The position numbers and the translations under genes were made by a program. A DNA stretch of 63,953 bases, filler included, from Globobulimina sp. (taxonomy: Eukaryota), in NCBI GenBank assembly GCA_003354225.1. It is 28 parts of 28 records of this genome, joined end to end, with 100 filler letters (N's around TTAATTAATTAA, not from the genome) between each part and the next. Parts side by side here need not be neighbours in the genome. Positions count along the whole stretch, not along the records: positions 22,888 to 25,075 come from PIVH01008324.1; positions 25,176 to 27,363 come from PIVH01008325.1; positions 27,464 to 29,651 come from PIVH01008326.1; positions 29,752 to 31,939 come from PIVH01008327.1; positions 32,040 to 34,227 come from PIVH01008328.1; 23 more parts are not named here. The stretch is one strand, 5' to 3'. The notes under the pieces were generated by a model. The model made no database searches. It saw only the letters and a program-made list of their open reading frames with translations, and was not told the DNA's origin. This document shows, piece by piece, positions 23,038-34,227 of the stretch; within the stretch, counting starts at the first letter, position 1, and each line of letters opens with the position of its first letter.

Positions 23038-25074
23038 ATGGCAGGCGTCCCAACTGGTTTTTATACGCGATTCACATTTACTCAAATGATATTTGTTATA
23101 TGTTTATTCGGAATGTCTACAATTGTATCATATCTGGCAGTTTCATGGAAACTATCACAACAATGGACACCTGATATTATCAATTCACCAAACACAGTGA
23201 CTTCATTTATGATACAACCAATTCATTCATCCAATATGTCAATATCCATTATGTCTCATGCTGTTTTCCTCAACAAGGATAATAGTCAGCAGACTGTTAA
23301 TGGACAAGAACCATTAGAACTAAAAACTGATTACACTCAAAAAACTGATTCTCAAACAAACAAAAACGACCATGCATCAAACCCAGACAGACACACATCA
23401 TATCATCCGGAATGGGGCACTATCAATGATCCACACTTGGTAATAACCAATGCATCATATGACCAAACTGATTTTAGTTTGTGGTGGACAGAGGGAGACG
23501 GATCACCATTATTCATCAATGCGTCCAAATATGATAAAGATGGCAAGAGTGGCTATGAATCATTTGTATTCTGCCCCATCCCCAAAGTTGGTTGTTCCTC
23601 ATGGAAACAGGTCATGCGTAGAATAAAAGGCATTGATGCGTATTTAGCAGATGATTATTGGTCATTGCATCATCGCATTGAAAACGGTTTGGAAATGGAT
23701 CGAATTTTCCGTCGACACGCAATTAATGCCACTGAAGTTATTGACGTTAATGCAGCCAACGAAGTTCTCCATTATATTGATGGCAGAACAAATAAATCAA
23801 TATACCATGCTGCATTTGTGAGAGATAGTATTGAACGATCACTATCTGCATTTCTTGACAAATGCGTTCAATCACAATGGCATTCACGATATTGGTGCAA
23901 ACCTCAAAATCGTAGGATAATTGGGAGATATTCGCATTTCGATATTTTTGTTGAAGCCATTATCGGCAAAGCGAAGAAACCAAAAAGCTCATTTTTACAG
24001 AGATATTCTTTTTGGGGCTTAGACTATCATTGGCTGCCACAAAATTGGATCTGTGATTTGTATAAATTCATTTCAAGATATCATATTTACGATGCAGACA
24101 CTGTCTTGGACCGCAAACATTTCTTCCTCAATATTGGTGGTAACAAATCTTGGAATGCCATCGGTGAAACTGGCTGGTTTCATCATGCTAACAGACGCCG
24201 ATTGCACTCATCGCAGCAGCACAATATATTTGTTATTCCAAAGTATAAAGAATATGAGTATGTAGATACTGTGAATGATATACGTAGACAACATCCACCC
24301 GGATACAGAGGATACAAAGCTGGGGATACGTTGGATATTTCTGGTTCATTGTTAAGTGAAAATGCTGCGCATGCTCAAAATACCAGACATAAAGTTTACA
24401 GTTATTATAGAGCAGATTTAGTGGCTAAATTGATTGTGTTTTACTTGGATGATTATGTGTTGTTTAAGCGAAAACTGCCGAGCTGGATTTGTGCATTTAT
24501 CAATGTCGAACCTGTGTTGAAGAAATTGAAACATGTAAATCGATTATATAAGGATTGGTTGGATGGTACATTGGACAAAGCTATGTTACAACAGATGGAA
24601 CAAAAAATATTGTTTGGAGCGAATGGAACATTGACTAAAAGGCATTTTGAGATTGATGGTGAGAATTTATTGAGTTTGGGTAAGACGTCGATATGGAATA
24701 AAGATTCAAGCAATTCGGAGAGAAGGAATAGGTCTGAAAGAAATATGGAATTAAGTGATGATTTTCGAATGAGTACCAAACTGAAATGTTTTTATGATGT
24801 ATTGATCCGAGTGGATGAAGCGGATGGCACTTTATTTGGTGTTTTAAGAGGTGTCTCATTGTTATTGGATGTGTTGTCCAATGTAAATGAGACTATTTTG
24901 CCAAATGATGGTGAAAAACTTAAAGATAGTGTCGAGGAAAAGAGCAAGATCTTACTTAATATTATGGATATTTATTTGAATCAATACATTCCGAATAGAT
25001 TGAAGGCGTTTAATTGGTTTGAGAGAGCATGGAATAAGATTTTGCTGTGTTTGGATTTGGAAATTGTTGAAGGA
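23038..25074 (+). CDS. Type II membrane carbohydrate sulfotransferase (Sulfotransfer_2 family), 3' truncated
   Basis: TM anchor; 5'-PSB CPIPKVGCSSWK; 3'-PB FVRDSIERSLSAFLDK; HWLPQ. Confidence 0.88.
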
Positions 25075-25299
25075 ANNNNNNNNNNNNNNNNNNNNNNNNN
25101 NNNNNNNNNNNNNNNNNNNTTAATTAATTAANNNNNNNNNNNNNNNNNNNNNNNNNNNNNNNNNNNNNNNNNNNNAAGCGTTTTAATGTTGTTCTGTGCG
25201 TGTCTTGTAGGTTGAAAGTGATCAGGGAAGATTTTGAAAAGTTTAGTGCTTTTCGTGTGTATATTTGTGTGTTTTTATATGTTTTTTGTTTGTGTGCAG

Positions 25300-26863
25300 A
25301 GCGTTGAAGGATATTACCCCATCTTCGCAACGCTCGTCGTTGGTGTATGCGCGTGCGTTGCCTGACTTGTTGCAGCCGTTATTGATGAGGTCATTGGAGA
25401 GTATCAAATGCGACATTGAGGGCATATTTTCATTAAAGAAAGAAGAATATGAAGAGGATGCGATAGCAGTCAGGCAAGATAACAATAACAATACAAACAA
25501 CACAAACAGCCATCGACATAATAGTCAACATTATCGATATTTGATTCATGGCAGTGATGCGTCGCAAGGACAGAACCATTTAGGTCCGGCAGTGTTGCAT
25601 TTACTGGAAGAATATCCAATGTATTCCTTAGACTTAGCCTCAATTTATGGCGATTCCAGCACCAAATGCGCCGATGAGGCGATATTGAGGATATTCAAAG
25701 AAGCGGCTCGCAACACACCGTCAGTGATATACTGGCCGCATGTGGACCGATGGTGGCAGGCCGCCCATGAAATATTAAAAACTTCCATAGCGTTACTGAT
25801 CAATGACATAGCCGCGTCCACGCCGATACTATTGATTGCCACCAGTAATATTGGTATGGAACACTTAGAGCCGGATTTATGGCAAATGTTTGAGAAATTC
25901 GCCTTCCATGACTGCAACCAAACTATTTCCGACTCGCAGCGGACGCGATACTGGGCTCAGATTAAAGTGTTTATGACTGAGAAACCGAAGCATAAACCAA
26001 AAACTATAGAGCAATATCCACAATTACCCATTGCTGAGTTGCCACTGGAAAATAAGGAGACGGAGAGGCAGAATCATGCATTGATGGACAAGACGGAGAG
26101 TGAGATATTAATCGAACAGGAAAGAATGTGCTGTGTGAATTTACGGACATATATTCGTTCGGTGTGTAATCGTTTATGCAAACATTTTAAGAATTTTATT
26201 GATCAAATGGCAGAGGATGGAGTGTGTAATAATAATTTGAGTCTATTTGAGATTCGACAGAGGAACAATGAGCGTAATATCCCGACTGTCATTGCGTTTT
26301 TGCAGGATATTGATCAGTTGGTGGAGAATGTGAGGAGTTCGGCGCAGACGGAGTCGTTGAAGGCGCGGCAATTTGTGAATGAAGCGTGTCATTTGCAGGA
26401 CCAGGCACTGTCTATGATGTCTCAGGTAAACCGGGATTTGGTCAAACAATGTGATAAAATGGCTGCTGGTGGGCAGGAAAGGAGGGTTTCTTTTGCGCGG
26501 ACTGATGTTATTTTGAATAATGGGCATAACCATAATAAACACAGTGATAAGTCGGAGAAGGATGATGAGGATATGGAGGATGTGGAGGATATGGAGATTA
26601 TGGATGATGATAATAAGGAGAATGGTGAAGAGGATGAGGATGAGGATGAACATGGAGTGGAGATAAATGTGAGTGGCATGGATGCGGTGATTGGTAAACT
26701 AATAAAAGTAACAAAAGATTATGCGATTGAAGAGATGGAAGAGAAAATGTATAATTTATTGCGAATAATATATGGATACAGCAATCAATGGAATAGAAAT
26801 AAAATGGTGGATGAATTGGATGAATATATTGATATGTATTTCAAACCAAAACAAAATCATTAA
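25300..26863 (+). CDS. ATAD2/Yta7-like AAA ATPase, C-terminal part (second AAA domain, divergent bromodomain region, acidic tail)
   Basis: RYLIHG..GQNHLGPAVLHLLE, FKEAARNTPSVIYWPHVDRWW, PILLIAT. Confidence 0.85.
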
Positions 26864-27168
26864 ATTCTTTTATTTTTGGAAATTCATTACATAGATTGTA
26901 GTTTTTTTTTGTGATTGTTGATGTAGCTTTGTATTTCTTTTTTTTTTGTGTTTTAAACACCGATTTCATTTTTTTTCTTGTGTTATTTATTTATGTGTGG
27001 TTTTTGTAATGTTAACATTTCATTCAGTACAAAGGGTATTTATTTTTTGCATATTAAAATAACACAAATATTTTGCTTTTTTGGCTTAGTCCTGACATGA
27101 AGTGATCGAAACTCTGACATCTAAAAGATTTACTTCAGCTGTTTTTAATCTAATTTATAATAATTATA

Positions 27169-27363
27169 ATGCCAATCCCACCGAAAAAGGAGGATGAATT
27201 TAAACAACCAGATATAATAAGTTCGCAGTCATTTGTATTTGTCGGATTGATAGCGGCCGCAGCCACTAGTATTATGATTTCAAAGGGAGGATTTAAAATG
27301 AATAGAAATTTAAATGTGATGCAAAGATTTGTTTCGAGTCATTCAAACAGATTGGGCAATTTA
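27169..27363 (+). CDS. Hypothetical membrane protein, 5' fragment
   Basis: ATG ORF with one hydrophobic segment, cut by the linker. Confidence 0.4.
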
Positions 27364-28030
27364 NNNNNNNNNNNNNNNNNNNNNNNNNNNNNNNNNNNNN
27401 NNNNNNNTTAATTAATTAANNNNNNNNNNNNNNNNNNNNNNNNNNNNNNNNNNNNNNNNNNNNCATCGGTTCCGCTATTTGGTACAGTTGAACCACCACG
27501 GTGTTGTCCTCACTATCCTATCCTATCCTATATTATCGGAAAAAGCGAAATTGTTTTACTGTATATTTATATAATTGTTTACTTATTTATTTTAATTCAA
27601 TTAATCAAAATAAAACAAAAAAAAAACAAAGAATTCAAAATTAAATATTTGGACAAACAAGTCTCAATTAGGTACGATTTGCACATGATACATAATATCA
27701 CAAACAAATCAAAAAATATTAATTGAATCTATATTATATGGTTAATACTTATATATTTACATAAATTAGACTGTAATATATTAAACATATATTCTCGCCG
27801 GGCCCGAACTAAGCGGGCAGATTCTTCACTATCCCTTGTACTTAATTAAGAGAGCATACCAATACCAAGCATCTTTTTTTGCTAAATAAATAAAAACTAC
27901 CGTACATGTTAAATATGCTCCAACCATACATGATGCAAAAAAAAAAAGAATGACAAAAAAAAATCCTGAAGAAATTTCAGGAAATTTCTTTTTCTTTAAA
28001 TGAATTTGTATTCTCTCCAATTGTTACCTT

Positions 28031-28260
28031 CCATACTAGGGCACGGTTGGAAAAGCCGCTGCAAGGGCGCAAATGGAGTCCGGATCAGGCCAGGTTTCAT
28101 CTTGAAACCTGGGTCTGAATTCAGACTTGTTTGAGGAATATACTCTGGTGGGTATAATTCAACAAACAAGGGCTCACTTTACCCACAGGGAAAGCCTACA
28201 AAGGCCTTGCAGAGCTAGGCTAGGCTTGCCAGCCAAACGGGACTATATGGGGTGCTTTAG
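28031..28260. ncRNA. Unidentified highly structured RNA candidate (strand uncertain)
   Basis: GC-richer island with nested helices: ctagggcac/gtgctttag, ctgcaagg/ccttgcag, gagtcc/gggctc, ccaggtttca/tgaaacctgg, cttgtttg/caaacaag. Confidence 0.55.
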
Positions 28261-28331
28261 CTCAGAAAAACACAACGCGTAACAAGCGAATGTTATCTTC
28301 GGATGCGTGGGTTCGAATCCCACTTCAGGCA
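28251..28331 (+). pseudogene. Degenerate or chimeric tRNA; 3' half is tRNA-Leu-like
   Basis: Stem TAACA/TGTTA with a 6-nt loop, long variable arm, T-arm GTGGG-TTCGAAT-CCCAC, 3' TTCAGGCA; the 5' GGTGCTTTAGCTCAG looks like a tRNA start but does not pair with that acceptor strand. Confidence 0.6.
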
Positions 28332-28343
28332 TATATACTTTTT

Positions 28344-28416
28344 GCCGATGTATCATAGTGGTTATTGCATCTGCTTTGTAAGCAGAGGGTCGCGAGTTCG
28401 AATCTCGTCATCGGCT
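28344..28416 (+). tRNA. tRNA-Thr(UGU)
   Basis: Acceptor GCCGATG/CATCGGC, anticodon arm TCTGC-TTTGTAA-GCAGA, T-arm GCGAG-TTCGAAT-CTCGT; no encoded CCA. Confidence 0.92.
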
Positions 28417-28657
28417 GTTGTCGTGGTCCAATGAATAATATATATTATTCATTGGACTACGACAGGGCACTAAATTCATATTAGAATTAGTCCATAGACA
28501 TAGATTGAGATTGATTACAGTCCATAGGGGCCAGTGAAATAATATATTATTAGGGGGGAATAATATATTATTTTGCCCGAACTTACACGAACTAGAGCGG
28601 CTTAGTCAAACGAACAAGACGAATCGGAATTAATTAAATAAACATTTTAAATATTAA

Positions 28658-28951
28658 CTACATAACATCTTTGGATATCATTTTAAATATGATTGACTTT
28701 AGTTCTTTAATTTCTTCACCTTGGCTCCTTAATAATTCGGCTTGCATCCTTAATACCTTAGCATGGTTCTTTAGTACTGCTTGATTTTCCGTTATTACCT
28801 CAGCTTGGTTATTTACTGCAGCAGCTTGGTCCCTTAATACAGCAGTATGGGTATTTACTACAGCTTGTGTTTGATTACGTGTATCATACAATGCTTCAGC
28901 ATGGTTATTTATACATGTTCTTGTTCTATTCATAAATTCTTGTAATGACAT
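28658..28951 (-). CDS. Small coiled-coil protein with heptad (V..Q/H.AV) repeats
   Basis: 97-aa complete ORF with 7-residue periodicity. Confidence 0.6.
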   Translation of the reverse strand: MSLQEFMNRTRTCINNHAEALYDTRNQTQAVVNTHTAVLRDQAAAVNNQAEVITENQAVLKNHAKVLRMQAELLRSQGEEIKELKSIIFKMISKDVM

Positions 28952-29092
28952 TATTTCTTGCGATCGTTTTTGCCGGAAACCTAAATGTAAATGAAAGTGT
29001 TTTTTATTTTTGATTTATGAATCATAACAGCTCAACAAATACGTCAACACAATAATTAAATTAAATTAGAAACGAAAACATTACAACGATTC

Positions 29093-29308
29093 TCATTTCT
29101 TGTAACGTTCTTTATTTTGTGTTTCAGAATCTTTCATTATTAACAACTTTTCAATTGCGTATTCATTTGACTTTTGATTTTCTTTTAAATGTTTAATTGT
29201 GTATTCATTTAATGTTTTAATTTCTTTTAACTTTTGATTTTCTTCATTTAATGTTTCAATTCTTTTATTTAACGTTTCAATTCTTTTTTCAATTTCATTT
29301 AATGCCAT
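29093..29308 (-). CDS. Small coiled-coil protein
   Basis: KRIETLN repeated; E/K rich. Confidence 0.5.
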   Translation of the reverse strand: MALNEIEKRIETLNKRIETLNEENQKLKEIKTLNEYTIKHLKENQKSNEYAIEKLLIMKDSETQNKERYKK

Positions 29309-29348
29309 TTTTCTTCTTTCTACAATTTTCTAGATAAAGTTCATTGAA

Positions 29349-29651
29349 TTGAAGGATAATAATATTGTTGGGAGTGATTTGATTGTAAATATGAAGGTTG
29401 ATTGTAAGAATAAAGAAGGGTTTTATGATAAACCCATTTTTGGTGGAATTATTAAGGGTGGTTTAAATAGGACATTGAAAATTGATTTAGAGCCAAAACA
29501 AATGGCTATGAAAATATTTGGACCGTATAGGAGAAGATATTTAAAGAATTGTACATTGGAATATACTGTTGAAGGTAGTTATGATGGTGAGGATTATGAA
29601 AAGGTTGTGATATTTCAGCCAGTTTGGGTTTATGCCGATGAGTTTGATCGT
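29349..29651 (+). CDS. Hypothetical protein fragment
   Basis: Open frame to the contig edge with no clear ATG start; no family recognised. Confidence 0.4.
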
Positions 29652-29802
29652 NNNNNNNNNNNNNNNNNNNNNNNNNNNNNNNNNNNNNNNNNNNNTTAAT
29701 TAATTAANNNNNNNNNNNNNNNNNNNNNNNNNNNNNNNNNNNNNNNNNNNNTCTTGCACGGTATCATTTGGATCCACATCTAAAGAAATTAAACTGTATT
29801 AA

Positions 29803-30102
29803 TTATATATATTTTATAGTGTTGTTGTGTATAACACAATTAACTAAAAACGTAACACATAACACTGATGTCCCATCCATGAGAATTGCAGTCATCATTA
29901 ATGATCGCGATTCACTAATATCATAATTGCGTAATGTATCGCCAGATTTAAATTCTAAATAACCATGGAAATAACGTTGATTCTCTGGTATACCTTCTTG
30001 ATGTTTTAGTTTATATTTGACATCTAAAATAGTGTCTGTTAGTTCTACACTTAAAACAAAAATCGATCCTGTTACAGATTTAATGAATATTTCGGGTGCC
30101 AT
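29803..30102 (-). CDS. Divergent ubiquitin-like domain protein (probably continues after an intron)
   Basis: IFIKSVTG....L.VE..DTI..VK.K....EGIP..Q.....L....TL.NY.I. Confidence 0.75.
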   Translation of the reverse strand: MAPEIFIKSVTGSIFVLSVELTDTILDVKYKLKHQEGIPENQRYFHGYLEFKSGDTLRNYDISESRSLMMTAILMDGTSVLCVTFLVNCVIHNNTIKYI

Positions 30103-30167
30103 TAATATAACATGTTTTTGGAAAACTCGAACAGAACTACTAGTACATCAAAGCAATAATTATTTGT

Positions 30168-30899
30168 ATGTTTGCGTACGGTGAGACACAGAGAGTTCGT
30201 CGTTCTGGATTGGAATTTTGTGTTAAATGTGGCGTTGCAGCCAGTAAGCCAAGCACATTAATGTTATCACATACTATCCAAAAATATATTGTTTATGGAT
30301 TCCTCAGAGGGATACAAAAATCATCTTTTTTTATTATGCCTGTTTCATTGTATAATATATGTTTATTGTATTATTTTGTCTGCGAAGAATGGGATCCAAA
30401 GTACATTGGGAAATATATTGAGTGCAATGGATTTGTGCTAAAAACAACAAGAATGTCCTTTCAAACCGGATGTTTTGGCAAAGTTGTGGTTGGACCAAAC
30501 ACCATAATATCATGGAAAATAAAATTAAATAAGTTTGGTGGCTATGGTAATTTATTCAATTCTCGTTATGGAATCATCAGAGACGACGGCGAGAATATGA
30601 AAGTTTTAGATAATTTCGATCCATTTTATGATGATGGACACGGATATGCATTTACAGCGAGTATGGATTATCAAATTAATCCAGGATATAAACGATATGG
30701 TGAAGAATTTTACAAAAACGGTTCTATAATGATAATAACACTAAATACAGTACATTGGACACTTATCTTTGATATAAATGGCAATGATCATGGTGCTGCT
30801 TTTAAAGATGTAAAACAACAAAACTATAGATTGTGTGTACTATTGTCACAAAGTAACACGGAAATTGAACTTTTAGCTTCAAAGATTCAGTTCTTTTAA
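30168..30899 (+). CDS. SPRY/B30.2-like domain protein with an N-terminal helical motif
   Basis: WKIK, YGI, GYAF, YGEEF..G..MIITLNT...TL.F.ING.D.G.AF......YRL.V.L. Confidence 0.65.
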   Translation: MFAYGETQRVRRSGLEFCVKCGVAASKPSTLMLSHTIQKYIVYGFLRGIQKSSFFIMPVSLYNICLLYYFVCEEWDPKYIGKYIECNGFVLKTTRMSFQTGCFGKVVVGPNTIISWKIKLNKFGGYGNLFNSRYGIIRDDGENMKVLDNFDPFYDDGHGYAFTASMDYQINPGYKRYGEEFYKNGSIMIITLNTVHWTLIFDINGNDHGAAFKDVKQQNYRLCVLLSQSNTEIELLASKIQFF

Positions 30900-31030
30900 A
30901 ATCTTTTAATAATAAAAAAAAGCTCATTGACAAAGGCAGACATTTGACTATGAAAAATTGGTAAGATATACAGGCGAATCAGTCACATTTTTGATACTCA
31001 CTTGAATGCCATCAGAACATATTTTATCCA

Positions 31031-31939
31031 TTACATTACCAAACATATCATACACATTATTCCAACATTTGCGCTCACTAAAATATCAACATTTACGCAC
31101 ATTTGTTCTTGCGCATACCAGGCCACAATGGTTGGAACATTTGATGTCTTTGCAGCAACCACATAAATAAGTGCATCATTGCATCCATTACTATTGCATT
31201 TTGCAGCGACAGTGCTAAAATCTTTGGTTGTCTTAACTGATCCCAACAATTTTTGATAAGTCATTGCTCCAATATACGATGGTTTTGGTGCATATGGTAC
31301 TGTAGAATTAAGATAGGCATAACCAACCGTTCCAAAATTATTCTCACCCGCTGTGCTATCCGCACCGTCATTTTTATAATCATAAAATATCGATACTGGA
31401 ACATCAGCAATATTATTTATTAAAAAATGCCGCACCAAATAGTTTGCCTGATCCAAATATGTGTTAACAGCTGGCGCCGCTCCACCTTATTCACACAATT
31501 AAATCCCAATCAAAATGAATTTTCTCAGAGAAAGCTATTGATGCATACCATTACATTTCACAGGAGCACCGTCTTTAGAACATGTAGCCCATCCCTTTGT
31601 GCATAATATTTATATTTACTGACACATTTATAACAGAGTTACATACCCATTCTCCAGATATGATAGGTAGTGTCACATTTTTATTTGGATTATATTGATC
31701 AATTAAATTCCGCAGATTTTTATAATCCGCTAATACAGTCTCTGGTGCTCCGGCTCTGTATGCATGGACACTCACTGCGTCAAAATAGTTCAACACGCCA
31801 GCCTTGAATATAGTGCTTAAATAATTCGTATCAAACCCAGCCACAGCGGGTCCAACATATATTTCACTATAAATCGGAGATGAAGGATCCGATTTGATTG
31901 CAGAGCCAACTGCATTTGCTAAAATTGCATAAGCTGTCG
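31031..31939 (-). CDS. Clan GH-A glycoside hydrolase (GH39/GH5-like) fragment with at least two introns
   Basis: YVGPAVAG, YFDAVSVHAYR...PE, PIISGEWGW after splicing, QANYLVR, YDYKNDG...ENNFG, PKPSY. Confidence 0.75.
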
Positions 31940-32154
31940 NNNNNNNNNNNNNNNNNNNNNNNNNNNNNNNNNNNNNNNNNNNNTTAATTAATTAANNNNN
32001 NNNNNNNNNNNNNNNNNNNNNNNNNNNNNNNNNNNNNNNTCGTAAGTACGACTTGTTTTAACACATTTCGAGTGATTGCAAAAGTTCATTGATTCTATAA
32101 TTTTTGCTCAATCATTTGCACTGCTACTCCAGACTACTAGTAAAAAACGTGATA

Positions 32155-32862
32155 ATGGAAACTGTAAAATGTGTAGGTGTTGGTGATACTGGTGTTGGTA
32201 AAACGTGTTTGTTTATCTCATACACAACAGATGCATTCCCGGGTGAATATGTGCCCACTGTCTTTGATAATTATTCTGCAAATGTCATGGTTGATGGTAA
32301 ACCGATTCACTTAGGTCTGTGGGACACAGCTGGTGGACAAACATATGACAAATTAAGGCCACTATCATATCCTGATTCCGATGTTATATTAATTTGCTTT
32401 GATATTATGAGCAGACAATCATTTTTAAATTGCCATACTATATGGTCCAAAGAAATAAAGCATTATTTACCCAAAACACCATACATATTGACTGCAAACA
32501 AAATGGATCTGGCTCAGGAATTCAATAATGATGAATGCAATATGCATGATTCATCGTTAAATGTGGCGTATGACAAAGTTGCTTTGTTGATTGAAGGATA
32601 TTTGCGTAACATATGTATGGATGGCAATAGCTTTATATTTCCCAACGACATTGCAAATATTTGTGCTGATTACTATTATGCAAAGGCACCGATCACCAAA
32701 CGTGAAGGCATAAGAATGGCAAAAGAAATTGGCGCATCGATGTATCTCGAAAATTCTGCTTTAACCCAAGAAGGATTGAAGCAATTGTTTGATGAGGCTG
32801 TGAGGGTTGGTTTACAGCGCAAAAAGAAAAATAAAAAAAAGAAAAATTGTGCAATGATGTAA
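32155..32862 (+). CDS. Atypical Rac/Rho-family GTPase with a long insert and CAAX end
   Basis: [55 protein letters not shown], polybasic tail + CAMM. Confidence 0.93.
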   Translation: METVKCVGVGDTGVGKTCLFISYTTDAFPGEYVPTVFDNYSANVMVDGKPIHLGLWDTAGGQTYDKLRPLSYPDSDVILICFDIMSRQSFLNCHTIWSKEIKHYLPKTPYILTANKMDLAQEFNNDECNMHDSSLNVAYDKVALLIEGYLRNICMDGNSFIFPNDIANICADYYYAKAPITKREGIRMAKEIGASMYLENSALTQEGLKQLFDEAVRVGLQRKKKNKKKKNCAMM

Positions 32863-32899
32863 AATTTTGTTTGTCTGAGTAGGATGCCACACTTTAATC

Positions 32900-34227
32900 A
32901 GATAACTAAATATAATGTTTTTTATGGAAAGACGCAAACAAAAAGCAACAAAACAAGCAAATAAAAAAGAAGTATCAATTACATTAAAATGATATCGTTC
33001 TTTCTTTGTTTATCTTGTAATACACCATCAATATTCAGAGATTTATCTTGTAACATTTGGTGTTTTTTTCAGAGATTTCAGATGTTAGTTGTTGGTGTAT
33101 TGATGTTGTTGGGAGTGATTAATGTTTGTGGTGGTTGTTGTGGACGGAGTGCGTGCGGCGAAGCACCAAATAAGCCAAATAATCCACTATTATCTCCATC
33201 TAATATTAACATATGTTGCATAGCTGCCTGTTGCTGTGGATTATTCACAAATATTTGGATTATATTGTAGGTGGTATGTGTGTTGTTGCTGTTGGTGTGA
33301 TTAATGTTGTTGCTGTTATGGAGGTTGTTGCTGTTGTGGCTGTTGTGATGATTGTTGTTATGGTTGTTATGATGATTTAAACAATTTGTAATTTCATTTT
33401 TGTTGTTGCTGCTGTTTTTAAAATCCGGACAAAACGCGTGTTTAACGGATGCCATGATGCAACAATATCTAAGCAATTTGAAAAATGTCTCAAGTCAAGT
33501 GAACTTAATCTTTTCTCGTTTTTTATCTAACCATAATCTACAACACGGAAGAAAATGATATTCATTTGAAGCAATGATTTATTAAATCGAGTTCTTGCAA
33601 TTGTAGTTGGGAGGAATTGCCGGAATTATTTTAATGAGCTACGATTTGCAAACCATATGGTGATGTTTAATATATTATTTTAATAAACACTTTAATCGGA
33701 TAACTAAATAGTAATGTTTTTTATGGAAAGACGCAAACAAAAAGCAACAAAACAAGCAAATACGTTCAAAACGATATTATTCTTTCTTTGTTTATCTGTC
33801 ATATTTGAATTTAATGATTTATTAGCATTCGTATTATATAACTGATTCATTTGTATTGATTGTTGGTGTCGATGTTGATGAAACATTTGGTGTTTTTTTG
33901 ATTGTTCCATGTGGTTTCATCTCCAATTTTTTAATTACATCATTATTTCCAACATTTTTATAATTTGTTTCCGTTTCGACGCCATTACCATCATCATCAC
34001 AATCATCATTTCCTTTCATTGAATTAATTTCTATATTTTTACTCGAATTTGAATCAAATAATTCATCATTACCTCCATCCAATAACATATTTTGTATCGT
34101 GGCTTGTTGTTGCGGATTATTCACAAATATTTGAATAATTTTACAATTGTGATAGTTTTTGTTGTTGTGGCTGTTATCGGAGTTATTGCTGTGATGGTTA
34201 TTGTGATGGTGATGGTTATTGTGATGG
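32900..34227 (-). repeat. Two diverged tandem paralogous segments encoding Asn/His-rich low-complexity peptides
   Basis: Shared ttttatggaaagacgcaaacaaaaagcaacaaaacaagcaaata (~32920 and ~33720); IIQIFVNNPQQQA encoded in both. Confidence 0.7.

Noticed and set aside
2643-25074. Sulfated-glycan gene cluster (sulfatase, fucosyltransferase-like, ABCC, ALG2, sulfotransferase)
   Set aside because: Each gene is on a different contig; proximity results from length sorting
28031-28331. Assignment of the structured RNA as tmRNA, RNase P/MRP or SRP RNA
   Set aside because: No tmRNA acceptor (CCACCA) end, no convincing P4 CR-I/CR-V pairing, no SRP helix-8 motif; left unassigned
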